From Abditibacteriaceae bacterium (lineage in GTDB: Bacteria > Armatimonadota > Abditibacteriia > Abditibacteriales > Abditibacteriaceae), in assembly GCA_031372065.1 (NCBI GenBank), contig JANMKN010000248.1:1-14131 (forward strand): a stretch of DNA of 14,131 nt. The letters are read 5' to 3'. The notes under the pieces are model-generated. The model was not told where the DNA came from, did no database searches, and saw only the letters and a program-made list of their open reading frames with translations. The translations under genes were made by a program, and so were the position numbers. Positions 1 to 7,123 of this stretch are shown here, in pieces; within the stretch, counting starts at the first letter, position 1; every line of letters begins with the position of its first letter.

Positions 1-123
1 TGCAGCAACTCCAAATCATGCTCACAACTCTGCCCAAAACTGCCCGAATTGAGAAACGACGAACTAAACCGGCCACCTTTCAACGACTCTTGGAGGCCAA
101 AATCCCTTAGCTTGATGGCTATG
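1..123 (+). mobile_element. Right end of a probable IS4-family (IS231-like) insertion sequence, truncated by the window start
   Basis: An open frame ends at TAG 108-110, inside an 18-bp terminal motif CTTAGCTTGATGGCTATG (106-123). Its reverse complement CATAGCCATCAAGCTAAG matches the IS231 inverted repeat as I recall it (CATGCCCATCAACTTAAG) at 14/18 positions, including the terminal CAT. The left end is not visible. Confidence 0.65.
3..110 (+). CDS. C-terminal fragment of a probable IS4-family transposase (partial)
   Basis: Hand translation gives ...QQLQIMLTTLPKTARIEKRRTKPATFQRLLEAKIP*. The basic KRRxKPxTFQxL tail resembles IS4/IS231-type transposase C-termini, and the stop codon lies within the putative inverted repeat. 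Confidence 0.55.
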   Translation, partial: QQLQIMLTTLPKTARIEKRRTKPATFQRLLEAKIP

Positions 124-137
124 CCTATTTTAAAAAA

Positions 138-165
138 TGAACCCTTTTGCGCGTCTCTGTAACTA
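138..165 (+). promoter_or_regulatory. Candidate ECF-type (autoregulatory) promoter
   Basis: TGAACC (138-143) followed by a T-tract, then GTAACTA (159-165), ending 8 nt before ATG 174. This is an AAC-containing -35 and a GT-containing -10 as in ECF promoters. Spacing is only approximately canonical. Confidence 0.4.
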
Positions 166-173
166 ATAAGACG

Positions 174-776
174 ATGAGCGCAGCAGAACGGCAGTTGATA
201 CAACGAATCGCCAAGGGCGAACGCGCCGCTTTCGAGGCATTTCTCGACAGTTACGGGCCGCAAGTGCAGCGTTTGGTGCGCCGTTACACCTTGTCCGAAG
301 CCGACGCCGAAGATTTGACGCAGGAGATTTTTCTCGACCTTTATCGAAGCATCAGCAACTTTCGCGGCGAATCGGCGCTTTCGACATGGGTTTATCGCGT
401 GGCGCTCAATCATTGCTTGCGCCACCGCGAAAAACAAAAACAACACAGCGCCACGCAAGCCGACGACCTCCCCGATGAGCGCGCCGATGAAAATCCCGGC
501 ACCGACCCGGCCCGTCAAACGGCGCGCGTCGAACTGCGCGGTCAAGTGCAGGATGCTTTGCAAGATTTATCGCCCGCGCAACGCAGCGTCGTCATTTTGC
601 ACGAACTGCACGGCCTGACTTACAACGAATGCGCGCAGATTTTAGAAGTGCCTGTCGGCACCGTCAAATCGCGCCTTTCCAATGCGTTTACGCATTTGCG
701 CGCCAGTCTGGGAAGCTACGTTTTAGGCGATACCGAAGACTCCGCGCCACCCACCCCGTTGGGAGAAGCCGCATGA
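174..776 (+). CDS. ECF-family RNA polymerase sigma-70 factor
   Basis: Region 2 motifs DAEDLTQEIFL and STWVYRVALN; region 4 LSPAQRSVVIL...LTYNECAQILEVPVGTVKSRL. ATG 174 is preferred over TTG 147, which lies inside the candidate promoter. Confidence 0.95.
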   Translation: MSAAERQLIQRIAKGERAAFEAFLDSYGPQVQRLVRRYTLSEADAEDLTQEIFLDLYRSISNFRGESALSTWVYRVALNHCLRHREKQKQHSATQADDLPDERADENPGTDPARQTARVELRGQVQDALQDLSPAQRSVVILHELHGLTYNECAQILEVPVGTVKSRLSNAFTHLRASLGSYVLGDTEDSAPPTPLGEAA

Positions 777-2110
777 AAACCCCCTTAACGTCTTGCCTCG
801 CCTTGCGCGACGACCTGAAAGCCTATCTCGACGGCGAATTATCGCCACTGCGACGCGCCGAATTGCAATTTCATCTGCGGCACTGCCCCGATTGCCGCGC
901 GGAGGTTGAAACCATGACCCAAATTAGCCACGATTTACAAGCCAGCGAAAGCGCCACGCCCGGCGCCCCCGTCCTCTCGCCCCAATTGCGCGAGCGCATT
1001 TTAGACAACTTGCCTGAAGCGCCACAAACAGCGCCTTCGACACGGCCAACAAAACGCGGAATTCCACCTTTAGTTTGGAATTACGGCATCGCCGCGTGTT
1101 TGATTGGTTTAGTTTGCGTTGGCGCCAATTCTTTGACGCATCAGAGCGCTCCACAAACATTTAGTGCTGCTTCTAATCAATTGGATAGTGGCGGAAGTGA
1201 TGATTCACGCCCGCTTTTGAGCGGCGCTATAACAAGTGAAGATCAAGCAAGAATTTTGGAAAAGAGATTTAATGCAAACGCTCAGTCAAGCACAGAGAAT
1301 GGCTTCAATAAAGAACGAAGAATCGCTGGCCTGCCCTCAACATCTCAGCCGGGCCGTCAAATACCATCGAAAGACACATCAGCCTTGCCTGCTGCGTTGC
1401 GGCGCGTGCATAAAGAAGCGCGCTTGACGGTAGCGGTGAACGATATTGAAGCGCAAAGCGCGGCTGCCGAGCAAAGCGTGCGCGCGGCGGGCGGCTATAT
1501 TGTCAGCAACGATCTCAGCACCGGCGCCGATAATCGCAAAAGCGCGCAACTCGATTTGCGCGTGCCGGTGACGCGATTTGAAAACATCGTTAGCGAATTG
1601 GCCGGCCTCGGCGAAGTGCGCGCCAAACAAGTGACGGGCCAAGACATGACCGAACAATTCAGCGATTCCGAGCAAGCCAAAAACGTGCTAACCAACGAAT
1701 TAAACACTCGCGAAGCGCAACTTAAGGCGGCGCTCGATAAAATCGCCAAAACGAAAAAGAAGGACGCAGCGCCCGCCGATCCGTGGGAATTGCGCGCCGA
1801 AGTGCGCCGTTTGCGCGTCGAAGCGGCCCAAGCGCGGGCGCGACTGGAACTCATGCGCAAACTTTCGGATTTGTCGGTCATCACACTGGAATTAAAAGAG
1901 AAATCGCTGACGCCCACCGGCGGATTCTCGCAGGAAATGGGCGAAACCGTGCGCGGCGCGGGCGACACATTTTTAGTAGCGGCACGCTTGCCCATCAAAC
2001 TTTTCATCTGGATTTTCGCGTTTTCACCGCTCTGGCTGCCTTTGCTGCTGGCTTATCGCGTGCTAACGCGCCGCCTCACGCCACAAAATACACATCGCCC
2101 TTTGCCATGA
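773..2110 (+). CDS. Membrane-anchored zinc-binding anti-sigma factor (zf-HC2/ZAS) fused to a DUF4349-like domain
   Basis: ATGA overlap with the sigma stop (773-776). N-terminal C...LKAYLDGEL...HLRHCPDC (HxxxCxxC); TM segment LVWNYGIAACLIGLVCVGA; DUF4349-like GGYIVS...LRVP...LGEV...QDMTEQF plus coiled coil; C-terminal TM LFIWIFAFSPLWLPLLLAY followed by basic residues. Confidence 0.88.
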   Translation: MKTPLTSCLALRDDLKAYLDGELSPLRRAELQFHLRHCPDCRAEVETMTQISHDLQASESATPGAPVLSPQLRERILDNLPEAPQTAPSTRPTKRGIPPLVWNYGIAACLIGLVCVGANSLTHQSAPQTFSAASNQLDSGGSDDSRPLLSGAITSEDQARILEKRFNANAQSSTENGFNKERRIAGLPSTSQPGRQIPSKDTSALPAALRRVHKEARLTVAVNDIEAQSAAAEQSVRAAGGYIVSNDLSTGADNRKSAQLDLRVPVTRFENIVSELAGLGEVRAKQVTGQDMTEQFSDSEQAKNVLTNELNTREAQLKAALDKIAKTKKKDAAPADPWELRAEVRRLRVEAAQARARLELMRKLSDLSVITLELKEKSLTPTGGFSQEMGETVRGAGDTFLVAARLPIKLFIWIFAFSPLWLPLLLAYRVLTRRLTPQNTHRPLP

Positions 2111-2133
2111 ATTACTTAAAAAAGGCATATTAG

Positions 2134-2162
2134 TTGCCTTGGCTGGAGGTGAATGTTAGAAT
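2134..2162 (+). promoter_or_regulatory. sigma70-type promoter with extended -10
   Basis: TTGCCT (2134-2139), 17-nt spacer, TAGAAT (2157-2162), with TG at 2154-2155. Predicted transcription start about 2168-2169. Confidence 0.7.
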
Positions 2163-2229
2163 GGTCGTGGGTTTTTTACGCTTAAGAAATCCGCAAGAAA
2201 CAAAGATGCAACAAAAGGAGTGAACCGCG

Positions 2230-2271
2230 ATGGTAATCTACCGTCGCAGGGCGCATGAATCAGAACAGTGA
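2230..2271 (+). CDS. Putative 13-aa leader/upstream ORF MVIYRRRAHESEQ
   Basis: Strong Shine-Dalgarno AAGGAG (2215-2220) after an A-rich tract, 9 nt before ATG 2230. TGA 2269-2271 lies just downstream of the next ORF's start. Confidence 0.35.
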   Translation: MVIYRRRAHESEQ

Positions 2272-2419
2272 AAATTGGGCACACTTGGTGGCACAGGCAC
2301 ATGGATTGTATCTCCGCCTGCGTGACCGGGCCAGTGAAGGAACCAACGAGAGCTTTTCTCTCGAATTAGTGCAACAAGCTTATGAGCGCTATGAACGGCG
2401 CATTATGCGCCGCCATTGA
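2255..2419 (+). CDS. Putative 54-aa small helical protein (below the ORF-track cutoff)
   Basis: MNQNSENWAHLVAQAHGLYLRLRDRASEGTNESFSLELVQQAYERYERRIMRRH*. Two amphipathic-looking helices joined by a polar linker. It fills the space between a good promoter and a good terminator, but its own RBS is weak. Confidence 0.55.
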   Translation: MNQNSENWAHLVAQAHGLYLRLRDRASEGTNESFSLELVQQAYERYERRIMRRH

Positions 2420-2468
2420 GCAGCGAATCCTCATAAGGGAATAATTTTCCAGCACAGGCAACCGCAGT

Positions 2469-2504
2469 AAAGGCGAGAGTTAATAACTCTCGCCTTTTAT
2501 TTTT
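2469..2504 (+). terminator. Rho-independent terminator
   Basis: Perfect 13-bp stem AAAGGCGAGAGTT (2469-2481) / AACTCTCGCCTTT (2485-2497), loop AAT, followed by TATTTTT. Confidence 0.88.
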
Positions 2505-2717
2505 GTCTGGCTCTGTGGGGCGCCTATTTTGGTCAGAATCATAGCGGCGGGCCGCAAGACTTTCTGTGCGCAGAACGTTATAATTAACATTGCAGCATCG
2601 TTCTATTGGTGATCACTTTTGCTGCTTACCTTTGCTGTTCATCTTTGACGTTAGCTTGCAAACCTTTTTCTCCAGCGACATTTTGACTTCTCACTATAGA
2701 GATGAGTTTTTCGAATT

Positions 2718-2760
2718 TGTCATAATGAGAGGAGAAAAGGCCAAAAACGCGTAGAGGGAG
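2718..2760 (+). promoter_or_regulatory. Candidate extended -10 promoter and RBS for the GGDEF-EAL gene
   Basis: TGtCATAAT at 2718-2726 with no good -35; RBS GAGGGAG at 2754-2760, 8 nt before ATG 2769. An alternative TATAAT is at 2579-2584. Confidence 0.4.
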
Positions 2761-2768
2761 CCGCTACA

Positions 2769-4571
2769 ATGCCTGAAAGCACTCCGCCAGACAACGAAAA
2801 TTCAAAAAATCGCGACGAAAACCACGATTCGCCTGAAAGCCGCGAAATCTTGCAGGCACAAATGCAGCAACTCGCGACCCAGCTACAAGAATCCGAAGCC
2901 AGTCTTCAATCTCAAAAAGAGCAGTTTCAGGCTGTGCTTGATGCTGTGCCGGGCGGCGTATCGTGGATTGATACAGATTTAATTTATTTAGGCGCTAATG
3001 AGCATCTTACGTCGCTTTATGGCCTCAAACCACTCGATTTTATTGGTCAACCTATCGGCTTTTTGAATAATAGCCCCGGTTTTTCCAATTTTGTGCGCGA
3101 ATTTGTCAACAGTAAAGAATTTACCGCCTCGCGCGAATTGGATGTCATCGTAGATGGAGAACGCCACGTTTTCCTATTCATGGCGAAAAAATATCGTTTG
3201 GGACAATCGGCGCTGTTTGTGGGCATTGACATAACAGATCGCAAATTGGCCGAAGAAAAATTATTTCGCAACGCTTTTTATGATAAATTGACCGGTTTGC
3301 CCAATCGCTCGCTGCTTTTGGAGCGCATGGAACGCTCGCTCGAATATGCCAAACGCCATAAGAACTATTTGTTTTCCGTTTTATTTCTTGACTTTGACGG
3401 CTTCAAAAACGTTAATGACAGTTTAGGTCACACCAATGGTGATCGTCTGTTGGCGTCGTTAGCCCGCCGCCTCGAATCAGCTACGCGCTCTATGGACACA
3501 GTCGCGCGTTTGGGTGGCGATGAATTCGTCATTCTCCTTGAAGATATCGAAGGCTTACATAGCGCCACGCACATTGCCGAGCGTATTCAGCGCGCTTTAG
3601 CGATTCCGTTCACGCTTGAAGGCCAGGAAGTTTTCATGAGCGTTAGCATCGGCATCACGTTAAATACGGTGCCCTACGAGCAAACCGACGAACTTTTGCG
3701 CGATGCCGACACCGCGATGTATCGCGCCAAAACACAGGGCCGCAGTCGCTACGAAGTTTTTGATCGGCAAATGCACGAACAGGCGAAATCTCGACTGCAA
3801 ATGGAAACTGACCTGCACCGAGGGATTGAGCAAAAAGCGTTTTTGTTGCACTATCAGCCGATTGTAAATCTTGAAACTCAGCGTTTGAACGGCTTTGAGG
3901 CTTTGGTGCGCTGGATGCGCCCACAACGCGGCTTCACCGCCCCCGGCGAGTTTTTAGGGCTTGCCGAAGAAACTGGTTTAATCGTGCAAATTGATCGTTG
4001 GGTGATGCTGGAAGCCTGCCGTCAGATCAACGAGTGGCGTGGGCAGTTCTCTGGTTTTGAGGATTTAACCGTCGCCGTCAATTTATCGAGCCGCCAATTT
4101 TTGCGGCGCGATTTTTTGAAGTTTGTGCATCAAATGCTGGAAGAATCCGGCTTGCCGCCGCACTATTTAAAGATGGAAATCACCGAAAGCGCATTAATGG
4201 AAAATATCGAAACCGTCGCCGCAACGTTAGGCGAATTGCGCGACATGGGAATTCGTATTTCGATTGACGATTTTGGGACGGGCTACTCGTCGCTATCCTA
4301 TTTGCATCGTTTGCCGCTCAACACACTTAAAGTAGACCGTTCGTTCATCACGGAAATGGAAACCAAGCAGGAAAATCAAGAAATTGTGCGCGCAATTGTC
4401 ACGTTGGCACACAATCTTCATTTGAATGTCGTTGCCGAAGGTATCGAAACCGAAGCGCAGCTTGCCAGTTGCCGCGCACTCAATTGCGAGTTTGCCCAAG
4501 GCCATTATTTCAGCAAAGCCCTCACTGCCGAAGATGCCACAGAACTGCTCAAAGCCGGGGGACAATGGTAA
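2769..4571 (+). CDS. PAS-GGDEF-EAL diguanylate cyclase/phosphodiesterase (cytoplasmic)
   Basis: N-terminal coiled coil; PAS ending in GIDITDRK; YDKLTGLPNR, LDFDGFKNVND, RSMD I-site, RLGGDEF, ADTAMYRAK; EAL domain with YQPIV, FEALVRW, EITES, DDFGTGYSS, LKVDRSF, AEGIET, QG. Confidence 0.96.
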   Translation: MPESTPPDNENSKNRDENHDSPESREILQAQMQQLATQLQESEASLQSQKEQFQAVLDAVPGGVSWIDTDLIYLGANEHLTSLYGLKPLDFIGQPIGFLNNSPGFSNFVREFVNSKEFTASRELDVIVDGERHVFLFMAKKYRLGQSALFVGIDITDRKLAEEKLFRNAFYDKLTGLPNRSLLLERMERSLEYAKRHKNYLFSVLFLDFDGFKNVNDSLGHTNGDRLLASLARRLESATRSMDTVARLGGDEFVILLEDIEGLHSATHIAERIQRALAIPFTLEGQEVFMSVSIGITLNTVPYEQTDELLRDADTAMYRAKTQGRSRYEVFDRQMHEQAKSRLQMETDLHRGIEQKAFLLHYQPIVNLETQRLNGFEALVRWMRPQRGFTAPGEFLGLAEETGLIVQIDRWVMLEACRQINEWRGQFSGFEDLTVAVNLSSRQFLRRDFLKFVHQMLEESGLPPHYLKMEITESALMENIETVAATLGELRDMGIRISIDDFGTGYSSLSYLHRLPLNTLKVDRSFITEMETKQENQEIVRAIVTLAHNLHLNVVAEGIETEAQLASCRALNCEFAQGHYFSKALTAEDATELLKAGGQW

Positions 4572-4635
4572 ACCCTTGAGGCCCCGCCATTTTTCCTATT
4601 AAATCATCTTTGCTTGGTGTGCTTTGTAACCTACT

Positions 4636-5835
4636 ATGTCCGTTACACCTGTGGATTCGCCTGACGCCTCCTCGCCAGATACTTTTTTCAGCGCCCCTCA
4701 TTGTGGCGCGATTCTGCTGGCAGACGACACTATGACCATGCGCCTGTTGCTGGCGGATCAGATAAAACAAATGGGTCACGAAGTGACTTCGGTAAAGCAT
4801 GGTCAAGCAGCGCTGGAATTGCTGGAACAACGCGACTTTGACGTAGTTCTTCTGGACGTTTATATGCCTGTGCTGGATGGTTTCGGCCTATTACAAGTGT
4901 TAAAACATGACCCGCGCTGGCGTCAACTTCCGGTTTTAATGATCTCCTCGGCTTCCGAACAAGACGCCGTAATTCGCTGCATTGAAATGGGCGCCGATGA
5001 TTTCTTGCACAAACCCTGCGATCAAATTTTGCTGCGGGCGCGTTTAAATGCCTGTCTTGAAAAAAAACGATTTAACGACCAACGCGAACAACTTTTAAAT
5101 CAGCTTCGTAAAAACTACGCGGAATTACAAAAATTTGAAGAATTACGCGATAGCCTGATGCACATGATTGTCCATGATATGCGGGCACCTCTCACTTCCA
5201 TTGTCAGCGGCTTGGAAATGATCGAATTCCTACCCGATATATCAGCAGATCAGCGCGATGAACTGCTGGCTTTGGCTCATCAAGGCGGCAAAACGCTGAT
5301 GGGCATGATCAACGATTTATTGGACATTTCGAAAATGGAAGCGGGCGGTATGGACTTAAATTACGTCCCGGTTAATGCCCATGAGTTAATCGAGATTTCC
5401 ATCCACCAACTCAAAGCATTGCTCGCTGACTGCGCTTTATCCTTACAACACACTATCGCACCTGATTTACCTAAATTTTGGTGCGACGCGTCGAAAATCA
5501 GTCGAGTTTTGGTGAATCTGCTGGGCAATGCCATTAAATTTTCCCCGCGAGAAAGTATTATTACGATAGAGGCAAAAAGAGGCAAAGGCGAGCATGAAAA
5601 CACCATTCAATTTTCAGTGAGCGACATTGGAGAAGGGATTCCACACGAAGCGTTCGGGCGTATTTTTGAAAAGTTTGGACAAGTCGAAAGCCGCAAAGCG
5701 GGCCGCAAAATGTCTACCGGACTCGGCCTAACTTTTTGCAAGATGACCATCGAAGCGCACGGCGGCAAAATCTGGCTCGAAAGCGAACTCGGCGAAGGCA
5801 GCACTTTCTATTTCACCGTGCCCTTACAAAAATAA
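4636..5835 (+). CDS. Hybrid receiver-histidine kinase (REC-HisKA-HATPase_c) with no sensor domain
   Basis: Receiver: ILLADD, VLLDVYMP, FLHKP. Kinase: H-box HDMRAPL, N-box NLLGNAIKFS, G1 DIGEGIP, F-box IFEKF, G2 GLGL, GEGSTFYF. Confidence 0.95.
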   Translation: MSVTPVDSPDASSPDTFFSAPHCGAILLADDTMTMRLLLADQIKQMGHEVTSVKHGQAALELLEQRDFDVVLLDVYMPVLDGFGLLQVLKHDPRWRQLPVLMISSASEQDAVIRCIEMGADDFLHKPCDQILLRARLNACLEKKRFNDQREQLLNQLRKNYAELQKFEELRDSLMHMIVHDMRAPLTSIVSGLEMIEFLPDISADQRDELLALAHQGGKTLMGMINDLLDISKMEAGGMDLNYVPVNAHELIEISIHQLKALLADCALSLQHTIAPDLPKFWCDASKISRVLVNLLGNAIKFSPRESIITIEAKRGKGEHENTIQFSVSDIGEGIPHEAFGRIFEKFGQVESRKAGRKMSTGLGLTFCKMTIEAHGGKIWLESELGEGSTFYFTVPLQK

Positions 5836-5909
5836 GCAGCACGTTTTCCGTTTTATGCCGCACAAACCGAAGCACTGCGATAAAATGTTGCGCGGCAAAT
5901 AGTTTTCAG

Positions 5910-5938
5910 TTGACGACATTCCTGCAATGGGCTACCAA
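5910..5938 (+). promoter_or_regulatory. Candidate sigma70 promoter for the carrier-protein operon
   Basis: TTGACG (5910-5915), 17-nt spacer, TACCAA (5933-5938). The -10 is imperfect. If real, the next gene would start at GTG 5951. Confidence 0.3.
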
Positions 5939-7120
5939 ATGGGCCACATCGTGAATCAATCACAAATCACCGACCTCATTCAAAAATCCCGCGCCATCGC
6001 CGCTGAAATTGCGGCGCCCAACGCGGACGACGTAGATAAAAACTCGCGCTTTCCGCGTGAGGCTTTCGTCGCCGCACGCGAAGCTAAATTGCTGTCCGCC
6101 GCTGTGCCCGTGGAACTGGGCGGCGAGGGTGCTTCCATGCGCGATTTGGCTTCAATTTGCGGCCACTTCGCGCATGGTTGCGGCGCCAGTGGCATGGTGA
6201 TGGCGATGCATTATATTCAAGTCGCTTGTATCGTGCGGCATGGCTTGTCCTCGCCGGATTTGCGCGATTATTTGTGCGAATTGTCAGCGCAACAACGCCT
6301 AATTGCCTCGGTGACTTCAGAAGTCGGCACCGGAGGCGACACGCGCGCCAGCATTTGCGCAGTGGGGCGCGAAAACGGCTGTTACCACGTCGAAAAAGAC
6401 GCCACAACGGTATCGTATGGCGAACACGCCGACGACCTTCTTTTGACGTGCCGCCGCGAAGCCGAAGCGCCCAACAGCGATCAAGTTTTGGTGCTACATA
6501 AAAAAGGCGATTACGAATTAACGCGCAAAGGCGAATGGGACACACTGGGAATGCGCGGCACTTGCAGCCCGCCGTTTTTGGTGACGGCACGCGGGCCGGA
6601 AGGTCATATTGTGCCCGGCTCGTTCGCCGATTCGTCGGCGCAAACGATGGTGCCCTACTCGCATATTTTGTGGGCCAGCGTGTGGCATGGCATCGCCGCT
6701 GACGCGGTGGCGCGTGCGGGCACTTTCGTGCGTGCCGCCGCCCGCAAAACGCCCGGCACGGTGCCTCCCACAGCCACGCGCCTTGCCGAAGTGACTGTTG
6801 AACTCCAAGCATTGCGCAATAATTTCATGGCTGCCGCTGCCGATTTCGATGCCTTGCCAGAAGGCGAAGAAGGACGCGAAGAATTATCATCACTGCGCTG
6901 GGCACTGAGGATGAATAATCTCAAAATTGCAGCCTCTGAAGCGGCACCTAAAATTGTGCATCACGCCTTGCAAATCATCGGCATCAGTGGCTATCGCAAT
7001 GGCACGAAGTTTTCCGTAGGACGCCATTATCGTGACGTTTTATCTGCCTCACTGATGATTGGCAATGACCGTATTTTGTCGAAAAACGCTTCGATGTTGC
7101 TGGTTTTCAAGGACGACTAA
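5927..7120 (+). CDS. Acyl-CoA/acyl-ACP dehydrogenase-family flavoprotein (atypical active site)
   Basis: ACAD features: VDKNSRFPREAF, VPVELGGEG, SVTSEVGTGGD, WDTLGMRGTCS, ALQIIGISGY, RHYRD. Start uncertain (ATG 5927, ATG 5939 or GTG 5951). Confidence 0.92.
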   Translation: MGYQMGHIVNQSQITDLIQKSRAIAAEIAAPNADDVDKNSRFPREAFVAAREAKLLSAAVPVELGGEGASMRDLASICGHFAHGCGASGMVMAMHYIQVACIVRHGLSSPDLRDYLCELSAQQRLIASVTSEVGTGGDTRASICAVGRENGCYHVEKDATTVSYGEHADDLLLTCRREAEAPNSDQVLVLHKKGDYELTRKGEWDTLGMRGTCSPPFLVTARGPEGHIVPGSFADSSAQTMVPYSHILWASVWHGIAADAVARAGTFVRAAARKTPGTVPPTATRLAEVTVELQALRNNFMAAAADFDALPEGEEGREELSSLRWALRMNNLKIAASEAAPKIVHHALQIIGISGYRNGTKFSVGRHYRDVLSASLMIGNDRILSKNASMLLVFKDD

Positions 7121-7123
7121 TTT

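Noticed and set aside
629..772. ORF-track N-terminal extensions (629 for the anti-sigma; likewise 147, 7846, 8982, 9437)
   Set aside because: Most overlap upstream genes or the candidate promoter and add non-homologous sequence. Stop/start overlaps or a clear RBS support starts at 773, 8029, 9024 and 9452; 174 is the first ATG of the sigma frame.
2324..2348. GACCGGGCCAGTGAAGGAACCAACG superficially resembles SRP RNA helix 8 (CAGGTCCGGAAGGAAGCAGC)
   Set aside because: The conserved CAGG and AGCAG are altered, there is no GNRA tetraloop, and no long flanking stem is evident.
2420..2768. c-di-GMP riboswitch upstream of the GGDEF-EAL gene
   Set aside because: I could not find the class I (GEMM) GGCAAAC...GAAA...GACGCAAAG core or a class II pattern. 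The strong hairpin at 2469-2497 is explained as a terminator.
5856..5897. Inverted repeat TGCCGC...GCGGCA after the kinase gene as a terminator
   Set aside because: Short arms, a 30-nt loop and no adjacent U-tract.
6084..6812. Long antisense or alternate-frame ORFs (6084-6812, 10886-11611, 1495-2007, 7556-8059 and others)
   Set aside because: They lie within well-supported genes, are Arg/Ala/Pro/Ser-rich and have no recognisable motifs, as expected for shadow ORFs in GC-rich coding DNA.
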